From: Parasitella parasitica NRRL 2501
Taxonomy: Eukaryota > Fungi > Mucoromycota
Assembly: GCA_025201805.1 (NCBI GenBank)
Contig: MU619245.1
Coordinates: 316,697-380,696, forward strand
Length of the DNA stretch: 64,000 nucleotides
Direction of reading: 5' to 3'
Shown: positions 39,540 to 51,253 of the stretch, one piece after another
Position numbering within the stretch: position 1 is the stretch's first letter
How the letters are laid out: every line of letters starts with the position of its first letter
Program-made: the position numbers and the translations under genes
Notes under the pieces: model-generated
The model's database searches: none
Seen by the model: the letters and a program-made list of their open reading frames with translations, nothing else
Told to the model about the DNA's origin: nothing

Positions 39540-41041
39540 TCATTGCACAAATGGGCTCATAAAATACAGTATCCAATGTGACGCCAAAGTAAGTACCAAA
39601 ATAAGGACAGAGACGCCAATAGTGGATCTCCAGTAAGGAGCAGACTTGTTGGGTTGCCATTGTCGACGTCTATTATTCCAAACATCTTGAACATTATCCA
39701 ACTTCTCTTTGGAATCAGGCGTCACCTTTACCATCAAATAAGCATGATCACTAACACTATAATCACGATTGCCAATCCATTTCTGACGAACATCCATGCA
39801 TCGAACCATAGTCCAGTCCAACTTGGCTTTGAACAAACCAAAATAATCTGGGTTATGTAAAGTGATCTCATCAGGGTCCCAAGGATCATAAAAACCTGGG
39901 TTACGAGCTCTTTTTAACGTCTCCAAATCAAATCCACTGACTATTTCAAACAACTTCAGAGAGCCAAGAAGCTTCCAAGCGAATCTGATGAGACGAATAG
40001 GAGCCATCGAGAATGGGAATCCTGCAGCTGCTAAACGCAGGTTATACTCATGCTGTGGATCACGATATACAGCCATAACATGACGGTCGAACCAGTTACT
40101 CTCTGTATCCCCCAAAGACATCCATCGATATCGGTCGCAAGCATATTTGGGTGAAAGTCTAACAATGGAGTGTGCCATGGTGTTCAAGTCGCCACCAATA
40201 ATTTGGTGAGGATATTTCTCGGCAATGGAGGCCGCGTCCTGCAGAATATCAGCAAAATTGTGGATACGATCTATGATACCAGCGAAAACCTTATATGCTA
40301 GTTAAAATATACAGATCATACTGAGTTGAAGATGCGATTTTACCTCTAAATGTACACTATAGCAGATAATAGGTGGCAATGGAGACGCATTTACGGTGCC
40401 TACTAAAGTGTAGCGCCTGTTTGATTGAAATGAAAATGTTGTCAATATGAAACATATGCGTTTACTTTTGATCACATTTTATACATACTTTCCCTTTCTT
40501 GGCTCCTTGAATTTCCCTCCATCTTTTTCCCAATTGAAAGCATCCTTTCTATGCTCAAGCACTCTGAAATCAATATCATGTTTTGATAGAATAGCATTTC
40601 CATGCACGCCGCCGCCCTAGATAGAATAATTAAAACTTTACATCTTGCCATAAACATTTTATCTTACAGCATCTCTCAGCCTTCTTACAGGGCTGTCGAT
40701 TTCCTCAAATTCACATACAAACCCACCCAAAAGCTTCAAAGATTTGCATAATTCTTGCATGTGGTCACGGTTGCCTGATCTTTGACAAAAGATATCTACT
40801 TCTTGAAGAATTATTACATCAGGGTCCAAATCTTGGATGGTTTTGATGATGGCTTCGGATTCTTGATCAACAAAAGCTATTAGGATTTATACAGGCAAAT
40901 AAACGAAATAACAACGCTACCGTAGTTTCTTTCGATATTCCATTGCAGCACTTTTAAGGATTCATTGACTGCTGGTTTTTCTAGAGATCTATAATCGTGA
41001 ATAACAATGTCCCCGGGTGAAGGTAAGGAGTTTTCGACCAT
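39540..41041 (-). CDS. endonuclease/exonuclease/phosphatase (EEP) family enzyme with C-terminal membrane anchor
   Basis: KVLQWNIERNY, DVIILQEVD, GNAILSK, YSVHLE, IIGGDLNT, KLDW and SDH catalytic motifs; terminal hydrophobic IGVSVLILVLTLASHWILYF. Confidence 0.88.
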
Positions 41042-41274
41042 GTTGTATTCTTTCTATTAGAATAAAAAAAAGGGGGGTGGGGGTTGAGGATCTGTTTCCA
41101 GATCTTTGTGAGATGATTGAAATGTGACTTATCCACAAGAAGAGAAAAGAGAGTTGTGAGCAGGTCGCTTATTCAATAAGTCATGCAACAGCAAAATCAA
41201 CAACATATTTAAATTGGTGTAAATATTTCAGATCTAGCTTTTTCTTCTTCTCCTTATTCCATAAAAACCCAGAA

Positions 41275-43130
41275 ATGGCTACCATAGTAGGCTCATGGAA
41301 GCAACGGTACAGGCTATACAAAAAAGACCTAGAAAACGATAGCCATATTAAACAGATGTTTGTGGAGGACACCAATGAGCAAGATGAATCAGGAATTTAT
41401 CGCCGATCATCTTTCATGGACGACGAAAAAAGTTCAACAGGAATGTCATCCGATGCAGAAGTGGATTCACCGCAAAACGAGGAGCCGGCAATGCCTCACA
41501 GAATACCACTCAGCCAAAGAAATATCAATAGAATCAAGCGAAATGCAGTTCAAAAGCTAACTCTCACAACCAAGTCTGCAATATCTATTTTATTGTCATT
41601 TCCTATTTTGTTCTTTTTTGTAACCATGGCAGTTTACACCACTGGAAAGCAGCATTTACTAGATAAACGAATGAGAGCTCAAGACGTCGATGAGGTGGAT
41701 ATCCCTGATGAAATGCTGACGCAGGATGAGACCTATTATGCTGATCGATGGGGATATACAAGTGAAATGCATGAAGTTGTAACTCAAGATGGCTACATTC
41801 TTAAAATGTATAGAATTTTTAAAAAGAACTCGACACCCAAAGGTATGTACATATCAACCTCAGCATGACACACGATGATCGACGCTTGGCTTTTGGAAGG
41901 TAACTAACCATCGATAGGCAAACCTGTCTTAATTGGCCATGGGTTGTTTCAATGCTCTGGTGCTTTTGTATTGAATGAACAGCGCTCATTAGCATTTACA
42001 TTGATTGAGAATGGGTACGATGTTTGGGTGGGGAATAACCGCAGCATTGCTGGACTGGACCATATTTCTTTGTCGTTCAAGGACCCAGAATACTGGAATT
42101 GGGGTTTGAAGGAGCTGGGTATCTACGATTTTGCTGCCATGCTGAATCATGTAAAGCTGTATTCAACCAGCAGCAAGGTATATTGTCATTGGCACATTTT
42201 TGATGTTCAAGCGACTGATGTAGTCGGTTTTTGTGTGTGTGTATGTACAGGTTGCCTATATTGGTCATTCTCAAGGAAATGCACAGGCATTTATTGCATT
42301 ATCTCTATGCCCAGAAATTGCTGAAAACTTGAGCTGCTTTATAGCATTGGCTCCCGCTGTATTCTCGGGCAATCTAGTAAAGTAAAGTAGTGGTTGGTTA
42401 ATATAGTGATCAGTTGCATGATGTCATGGTCTAACAAATCATAGCACATTTCCTCTGAATTGTTTGATCAACTTGAGTGATTGGTGCTATAACTTGATAT
42501 TCGGTACGTATCAAATATGACAGACTGAGGTACACATATAAAGGAGAGTATACTTACATTCAATATACAGGCAATGGCTCTTTCTTGCCTGTCATGTCGT
42601 TTGCACAAACTATTGTGGAGCCTAAAATATTCTGCTTTTTAGCATATAGTATGTTTTCATACCTGTTTAGTTGGTGGGATAGCCACTGGCTCCGCAGACG
42701 AAAGGCAAAGTACTTTCAGTTTACTCCACGCCCTGTAAGTTCTCGTTTGATTGCAGATTGGATTGCAGGTTGGGGACGCAAGGGAGTGTGCTTATACATA
42801 GCAGATCAAAATACTGTCATGAATACAGAAAAGAAGCAAAAAGTGCCCTTGGTCATCTTTTATGGCACTGCCGATTTTTTGGTAAATGGCGAACGGTTTG
42901 TACGTACATTTCCCGGCTATGAGATGCATGGTTTATCTCCTGAGCAGTTAGCTAAAGAGAGCTCCCCGGCCGCCACGGATTGTCAAAAGACATTGTTTCC
43001 CATGTTGGATTTGGTACATGTCGAGCGAGTGGACGGATACGAGCATATGGATACTATTTGGGGCCACGATAATCATAAAACAACATACCCCATTGTCTTG
43101 AAGAGTTTAGAAAATGTTGGATGGGATTAG
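41275..43130 (+). CDS. membrane-anchored lipase/steryl ester hydrolase (Tgl1/Yeh-like, abhydrolase-associated lipase region)
   Basis: HEVVTQDGYILKMYRI, HGLFQCS, GYDVWVGNNR, YDFAAML, GHSQG nucleophile, GTADFLV, YEHMDTIWG; N-terminal TM. Confidence 0.88.
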
Positions 43131-43286
43131 ATGGTTTTTGTGAATAAATATATTGATAGAATCAGCCTTTCCCTGGCGTACAATCTTAACAAGGGGATTT
43201 ATTTTTCATTGTAAATTGAAGTGGGTGTGACAATATCAAAATACAGTGTGTGAGAGGGGAATAGATGCTGTTTATGCATTACGAAT

Positions 43287-44080
43287 TTACAAACGCGCCT
43301 TGTCCTGAGGTACATACCAAGCCATCTCGATTTCTTTTTGCTTAAAACCGCATTTTTCGTAAAAAGGGACATTCTAAGCACAACGACAATAGATTAATTA
43401 CAGGTGCAGCCTTTTAAATTTTATATTCCGTACCTTTTCTGAGCAATCCAAGATGACTATAGACAGAAAATTACTGTTAGTATATCTCTACTCCTTATTT
43501 GCCCCCCCCCCTTTCTTCTTTTGTGTTTAACGAACTATATACCTTTATAGCAACCACGTTGAGCACCGATGAACTTGAGAGCTTGAATGATGCGTAAGCC
43601 CAGCTTCTTTCCTTGTTGGTTGTTATTCACAGCAATGTCTTCTATATGCCCAACTAAACCGTTCTTGTGCACAAACTTTCTCTCGACGAAAATAGTGCCG
43701 ACTGCAACAACTTGATCTTTAGCATCCTCAGTAATAGTGATAGTATGGTCTTTTTTAACGAAAAAAGCGCTTTAGCCTCCCTCTTGTGGGTGTTTTGATG
43801 TCTCCAGATACTTACATTCATGATTATGCTTTCTCAAATAATTGAACTGTTCTGCAAAGAATAAGAGCGTGAGGCAACAGCATACATAGTGTACTGAAAG
43901 ATATCTACCTGTGAATTCTTGCTTGGTATGGCCACCAACCTCGGTTAAAACAGTTAAAACGTCCAGAAACCCACGTTCAAAGTCATTTGAGCGAAGCGCG
44001 CGAAGAGTGTATCCAACGGGCAAAAGTGATTGTACTTGAGGGCAGAGCAAGTTAGATTCGAAAAGAGAGATTTCAGACAT
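43287..44080 (-). CDS. GNA1: glucosamine-6-phosphate N-acetyltransferase
   Basis: LRALRSNDFERGFLDVLTVLT, GTIFVERKFVHKNGLVGHIEDIAV..QQGKKLG, GCYK|VILDCSEK|NVPFYEKCGF...QDKARL*. Confidence 0.93.
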
Positions 44081-44399
44081 GACTAAAAAGCAAAAGAAAG
44101 GCTAAAAAGCACTGCTACAAACAACAAACCTTTAATTTATAAACTGGAGATCATTTCTTCCGCGGATGTGTAATATGAGGATCCTTCTCTTATGGCCGCG
44201 GGAGAGTCTACTTGTAATATAATTATTGGCGGGTTGCACACAAAACTATAGCTTAATTGGCCTGCTATTAAAATTCTGTAGTACTAAAAGTCAAATCTTG
44301 GAATTGTACCAGCTGAAGACAACATTAAAGATTCGAAAGCCAAATTTATTAGAAATAACTGATTGAAATGAAGCTTTACAACGTATTAAAAGATAAATT

Positions 44400-46473
44400 A
44401 TAATAACCAAATTTATTTGTTTTGAGTGCAGGATAATTGTATTCAGTAAACGTGAAGGAGAGTACACTTATATATTTACATGGCAAAGTACTCAACACGC
44501 CAGTTGACTGTATTTTGAGCTTTTGCCATTTACATCTGCACTAGAAATAGCCCAGCTTTCCAACCCTTTGCATTTAATCGAAATAAGAAAACTGCTCGCA
44601 CATCCAGTGCCATTCACAATAATTTGCTGGCATATAGAGGCGGTATCTTCAGCGTACTGGTAAGTTGTTGTTCATGAAGTGTCAGTAGTTAAAGTGGTTT
44701 TTTGACCTTTGCAATGGCTTAAATTATGAAACCTTAATTCCAAGAGGCCCACCTTCGTTGTTCGAAGGTCAATTTTTAGCTGGTTAGGGGATTCTGACAT
44801 AATTGCATATCCATCAAGTATTAGCTTGTCGACTTTTTTTTTTAGCTTCAACGACATTTTAGGAAATGCACTATAACGAAGAAGAGAGTTCGTAAACTTC
44901 AACTCAAAGACACCTGCTTGGCTGAAAGCGTTTGTTTGTCGCACTTGTTCAGAGTCAAAGAAAATCATTCTATTCAAGTGTATTGAAGACTCAGTCTTTG
45001 CATTGTTCATGGAGATGGTGCCTTCGAAGATGGTGCCTTCGAAGATGGCCCAGTTTCTGTTATTACAAGCTGGAATCAAGTCAGAGATATGGCCATCTTT
45101 TGATGTTAAATGCTTGTAATTCTTTAATAAGACCTTGAATAGATGGGTGCTTTCATTACTGTTGAAATTTCATAGCAAATCATCAAAATATAAAGGATGC
45201 TGTACGTTTAAAACGGTTGCATGCACTCAAAAACACGTCTAAAATCTGCTACTAGCTTGAATAGCTGACTGTGACCAGATTGAAAGAGGCGAAAAGATGA
45301 ATTAGTTTGCTTCATTTCAATAATGCAATCCTCCTTGATGTCCACTGGATGGTTTATACACATGGTGAACTAAGCTGACCCAAATCTCGAAGATGTTCCA
45401 CCTCGCTGTGCAATCTTGCTTAACAGGTTGGCACCACCTTTTATTTGATACAGCCATTCCATAGTATTGAACTCGTCAATGTTGATATTGTAATTCAGAA
45501 GAGGCATACAAAGACATATCATTTGGTTCCACCATTCAGCGCGTTCCTCTTGCGTTTGTAAGTGAGCAGGGTTTTTGAGTTTTATGACAAGCGTCAAAGT
45601 TTCTAATGCTTGTAATTTGTTTGCGAGATATCGAATTGAGGAATCGGACAGTCGAGGATTGACAAGATCAAGTATCTTTATGCTGGAATTTGGGCTTATT
45701 TTCTCTGTGTTTTCAATCCTTGAGATATTACAATTTTTTAGTTCCAAAGAATGTGTCGTTTGAGGGCAGTCGGTTATAAGGCCATCTAGATTGGCGTTGA
45801 AAAAAACCTCGATGAAACAGCCCAAAAGTTGCAGCTGTTCTAGCTTCTTGAATTCTCTCAGATGCTTTTTTAAAAAAAAAAATTATGGTCTTGGCTCGTA
45901 CGACCTAAAAACGGTCTAATGTGAATTCTAAGCTTGGTCAATGTGTCTTTATACTTTAAAGCAAGCGCTGTATAAAGCTCTTTGTATCTAAAATCCCATT
46001 TATCTAAAGAGGGAAAAGGGTTGAGATACTTGTGTCGATTTTCTGCTGCAAGAAGACGAAGCAGAATATGTTTTGTTTTAAAATCACTCGATACTAGACA
46101 ACTAAATCCTTCAATTTATGGGCAATGCTGCAAAATGTTATCAAGGTCTTGATCCATGCCCTGAGAAACTCTACTCTCCACAGGTTCCGTTGAGTAGAAT
46201 GTAGGATTCACGCAAAGTTCAACCTTCCTGATGAGATTTCAAAGCTTCGATGTAGAGCTGCTGGCAGCTTTAATTGTATTGGCAAAACTAGCAATCCTAT
46301 CAGACGGTAGGTACACATTTTTGTACACTTTGTATTGTGTTGATCTAAATCAACTCTTGCAAACAAACTGGCATTGGTAAAATGTATCTCGTGTTTCATT
46401 TTTTTTATAATGTGTTTTCAACTTGATCAAAGATAATTTTTAGAATTTTATTAGAGTGATTTGATCTAGACAT
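44400..46473 (-). pseudogene. frameshifted F-box/LRR-like gene of the expanded Mucorales family
   Basis: Fragments (ORFs 45370-45825 and 44672-45079) are co-linear paralogues of the 47201-48712 protein (DCPQTTHxLxL, EWWxQ, YNI), interrupted by stops and frameshifts. Confidence 0.7.
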
Positions 46474-47200
46474 GATTATTGTATTTGCATAGCAAAAAAG
46501 AAAAAGAATATTAAGCAGGATCTTGTTGAGATAATGGGTGTTCTTTTTTATTCATAAATTAGTACCTCTGCCTCTTGATTTAATAAGATTATACATTGTT
46601 TTGATGATATTGATGGTCTTATTGTGTATTTAATTAAAAAAAGTTCGAACTTAACAAAAGACAAATAATAATAAAATTTAAGCACAATGAACCAAAGCTG
46701 AAAAACGTTTGACTCTTTAGATTTACTTAAAGCTCATATTGGAACGATTGCTTATTATTTCATGGATGTAATTATCTATGAAAAGTGTTCTTTTTTTTTT
46801 TTTTTTAGTAAAAAGGTGTATATTGAGCTTATAATGCTACTACACTAAAACTAAGTATCTATATAACTTAAAAATAGAACTTGTGTAGGAACTATTTCTT
46901 CAAATTTAAATTTGTACCAGGAAAATACTTCAAGCCAAGCATAATAAGAATTCTAACAACGGCTACCACAAATTTTTAAAACCAACATGAAAAGCTTTCT
47001 TGTATCAAAGATTATTTTAGCAATAACTGTCATTTTTTAAAAATCAATAAAATTGTATTTGTGATATTATATTTACTAAGCTTAGTTGGTTCATAAAATA
47101 CTAAATATAAAAATAGTGGCATATTCATAATATATATGTAAAATGAGTGGAACATACGGTATATACTACCAGTATTTGGTTACATGACATTAACGACTTG

Positions 47201-48712
47201 TTAATTGGGTCTTGGAAACATTTTTACACCTTGCACCGTCATATTTAGTAGCTCTTTGCAGCTAGAATAAGTATATTGGCTATTTTCATTTTCTGTTGTA
47301 CCATCAAATTTACGATTACTGGCGTATTTGCATCCTTTTGTCTCTGGATACCTGTTGCTATCAAAGAATACGTCCAAGTGCTCTCTAGTCAAGTAGGAGC
47401 CTATCTTGTTATTCCCAAATATATCGAAAGGAGTCCGATGCAAACGTTCTACGTTTAGAATTGTAATGCTCTTGGGTGAATATTCTTTGAGGGTGTCAAC
47501 AATTTTTTGAAAGTCTGCTTTGTCTATAAACTGATTAATAAACTTGGATTTGAATAAGCCCAAGTATGAGCCATTCTGCTTCAGTTCTATGATGTAGCTT
47601 CTCGATTGGCCAAAATCAATGATGAATTCAGTAAAGTCTGCTGATTTTTGGTTTGCAATTGTGTTCGTCAGATCGATACCGCATTTGATTAAGTGTAAAT
47701 AGTTGTCAGAGCTGAAATCTTGAACGCTGATATTGTAATGGTCAAGGTTCTTACACATGCTTGTTAACTGGTCCCACCATTCATTACTCTGACATAGCGA
47801 CTGGTAGCAGTCGCTAAGCCATACGGAGAGGACCAAATCTTTTAGTCCCTTCAATTTGGTCTCGAAATACTTGATTGAGCATACAGGAAGCTTGGGATCG
47901 ACAAGCTCTAGTCTCTTTATGTGAAAGTTGGGGACCACTTTCTCTGGGTAGGCGTGATTACTTGAAAATCCACATTCGATAAGCTGCAACAAGTGTGTTG
48001 TTTGAGGGCAATCATCTAGCATCTGATCCATTTCACCAACAATAGAGCTGAATACCAAAGAACCACGAATTTGCAATTGCTCTAACGACTTGAAATGCTT
48101 CAAGTTGGTCTTCAGAGCACAAAAATCATCGTCTTTGCTCGCATCATAAGATGAGTCATACGGAAAGAGCACAAGCTTGATGAGAGATTCTTTGTGCTTC
48201 AAACTGAGCAATCTATAGGTGAGCTTTTCCGCTGTGGTCCAATTGTCTAAAAAGCTAAACATCTTTAGATGCTTGAGCTCAGCTTTCGATTCAAGGAGGC
48301 AGTTCCAAGTGAAAAAGGTTTCAAACTCGATGAATAATGGACTAACAAATATTTCGATATTAGGGCAGCATTCAAGAATGACGCTAAGGTTCTGATTTGC
48401 ATTGGGAGGAAATCGAGCGTTTCGTTGAGGAGCTTCTGGATAAAACATGACGTTTGTTACGATATCGGCCAACTTTTGTGATGCCTTCACCGTAGAAGCA
48501 AAGCTAGCAATGTCGTTAGGTGGCAAATTCGCATTTTTGAATAGTTTAAGCTGTACAGTTTCTGCTGATTTTGACCATTTTTTGTTGACCAAATGACATT
48601 GATAAAGCGTCTTTGCGTTTTGCATCCATCCCAGTTCGTCTTCAAAAAGTTGTTCAAAAATTCCTTGTAGAACTTTATCCGGAAGCTGACCCGGATGGCT
48701 GGATTCACACAT
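47201..48712 (-). CDS. F-box-like/LRR protein (Mucorales expanded family), apparently C-terminally truncated
   Basis: QLPDKVLQGIFEQL...TLYQCHLVNKKWSKSA F-box-like N-terminus, ILECCPNIE and LRR-like repeats; intronless; ATG at 48712. Confidence 0.7.
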   Translation of the reverse strand: MCESSHPGQLPDKVLQGIFEQLFEDELGWMQNAKTLYQCHLVNKKWSKSAETVQLKLFKNANLPPNDIASFASTVKASQKLADIVTNVMFYPEAPQRNARFPPNANQNLSVILECCPNIEIFVSPLFIEFETFFTWNCLLESKAELKHLKMFSFLDNWTTAEKLTYRLLSLKHKESLIKLVLFPYDSSYDASKDDDFCALKTNLKHFKSLEQLQIRGSLVFSSIVGEMDQMLDDCPQTTHLLQLIECGFSSNHAYPEKVVPNFHIKRLELVDPKLPVCSIKYFETKLKGLKDLVLSVWLSDCYQSLCQSNEWWDQLTSMCKNLDHYNISVQDFSSDNYLHLIKCGIDLTNTIANQKSADFTEFIIDFGQSRSYIIELKQNGSYLGLFKSKFINQFIDKADFQKIVDTLKEYSPKSITILNVERLHRTPFDIFGNNKIGSYLTREHLDVFFDSNRYPETKGCKYASNRKFDGTTENENSQYTYSSCKELLNMTVQGVKMFPRPN

Positions 48713-48938
48713 GTTTGTTATTAAATTCAAAAGAAAAGTCGTTAAATTTAGTTTGATGTTTTCTTGTGTACGCATATATATATCTATATATATATATCTA
48801 GAATTTTGAGTCGTTTTAATAACTGATATGTAGAAGGAACAACTCGTTACTATTATAGATCACAAGACAGAATGAAATCTTTAAACAATACACCAAAACT
48901 AGATATCCCACTACGTTGTCCTTGCTGGTAAGCGGCAG

Positions 48939-49017
48939 TTTTTTTTTTTTTTTTTTTTTTGATGCAAATGTATATCACTAGGCGGATAGGGGAGAAAGCA
49001 CCCTCAGTAGTGTTCTC
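48939..49017 (-). mobile_element. possible very short retroelement 3'-end remnant (stem-loop plus poly(A))
   Basis: Minus strand reads GGAGAACAC-TACTGAGG-GTGCTTTCTCC (hairpin)...TTTGCATC followed by ~22 A; no clear TSD. Confidence 0.3.
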
Positions 49018-51253
49018 CAGACCTACACGTTGTCCTAAAATTTCTTTTCACTCCTCATGCACCATAAAATATCTTCACACTCTGTTGCCATCGATACATG
49101 AAAAGAGCTCACAAGAAATAATCCACATTAATTTAGGTGCTCTACGGCCATCTACACAAAGATATCAATGAATTTTTTAAATAAGATTGCATAGTCAAAG
49201 CGGTTATCGTAGATCCTGATGATAACAATGCAGTTCCCGCGCAATTGCCGAAATGTAGGGTTGTCAATCAAAAATATATGTCGCTAGAGATGATCCAATC
49301 AACAAGCCTTGTTATCATCGGGATGAACACATTATAATGACACATGTGCTCCACAGAGTGTCTCATTACATAGCGCTGGGTCATTTGTGCACATTGAACA
49401 ACCTCTTTTAAGTAAAAGTAAAGACACAAAAAGACAAAAAACTGAACAGTAGAGGTTTTTTCGAGCAAAAGATTCTCACTTACCTGTTTTCAAGTCTTGG
49501 GATGTTTGCTAAACTCTCACGTTTCTCCAAAACTTATTAACAAAGAGGGATATTTTGTCTCATTTGATCAACGACACACTGATTTGCAGCGAGCTCCTTA
49601 AAATCTCAAAGACCCGCCATTGGAAACAACGAAGAATGTTCACATCTTCGTTGAGCATCAAAGTGATACCAAATGTATAAAAACTTTTGTCATGTGGTAA
49701 GTATGTATAGTGGTGATCTATCAAACCAAAAAGATTCGTGCACAAGAGCAAAAAGTGCGGTGACATTCATGTAACAGTTAGATTAGTACATCCAAACACG
49801 AAGGGAGGTTAAAGCCCCTGTACATTATGGACAATATCGTGAAAACATGTGTATCGTCAATGTCAAATTTAAATATAATCTTTTCCTCCTTCAGCGAAAC
49901 GTGCAGCTAAATGCTATGGTTGCATTTATCACCACATTAAGGAGCGTATTGTCGGCCATACAGCGTGCTTTGACTGGTCACGACTATACCAGACAATTTC
50001 TTTTGTTTTGTAGACACTTTCTATAGCCATTTCAAAGAGTAAATTTTCAGATATAACGTAAAAAGAAAGGCTTTTCCCAAGATATCCATTATCAGAAAAT
50101 GTTTTTTGTTGCTCACTCTTTATTTCCTAGCAATTCATCTGGCGTTTTTTAAGCTGTTTGTAAACGTTTACGCGATTGAGTACTATTTTGTAAATGGAGT
50201 TACTATGAGCTTTGGTGAGGTAATCTGGAAAAATGTCAATTTGCTGCATTTGATGTGCATGTAAAGCAAGTGGCTTGACCTTTTCTTTAATGCGTTCATA
50301 ATATGCAAACCAGTAAATTTTTGCCAAGATATTGTCACGCCTTGATGTAGAGGTAGACTCTATATGAATACTTTCAAAACAGTATAATTTGGCAAATACC
50401 AATATTTACGACATGCATAAAATGGCCAATATTTTGTCATAGGCTCACAGTCAGTTCCGACTAGGATAGAAATTTTAACTTAGTAGGTATGAGAGACGAG
50501 CACACTACACTTGACATCCCTTTAATCATCAAGTTGCTCTAGAACGGTGTCCAATGCATCCAGTGTAGTTGAAAGCTATATACGGTCTGCAAGTTTAAGC
50601 TTATCGATGATTACCCCCAAATATATTGATTATTGATGCAAGTACAAACTATACCATACATGATCAGGATCTTTTGACCTAGGTGGATGTTAGATAAGAT
50701 GAGCTCGACCCAAGCTAAAGTATGCCTGTGTCCGTGTCTTCCGGTTATTACATTGTTTGATGATGTTATGCATAGTTTCCTCTATATTATTTTCTTTTGA
50801 AAATTCCATGTATACGCATGATACAATTATGACCACCCTCGTCGCAACGGTTGTAATAATCTTAATCCAAACAATCTATGCCCGTTTTTTTCAAATGCTA
50901 ATACGATTTGTTGGATGCAATATTCTTTAAACGAAGGACTTCTTTTTCATTTTAAGAAAAGAGCGGCCATAATGATTTTCGAGGGTGTCATTGTATGGCT
51001 TCGCCTTTCTTGATCGACAAAAGCATGATCTTTTTCATAGAGACTTTGACAGTAAGCACTCGTTTGAAGTGTCTTTTTTTTACAAATCCAAGCGATCAAA
51101 AGTGTTGGCGTCTTTCATAACTCATATACATTTATTGGACAAGCAAATCAGCACAGCAACTGGCTTTGAATGCAATGTGTCGTTATCGCAAATCTATTTA
51201 TCATGACGGCATTGTCCAGTTTGCAACTTCTTTTTCCATTAAACTACACAAGA

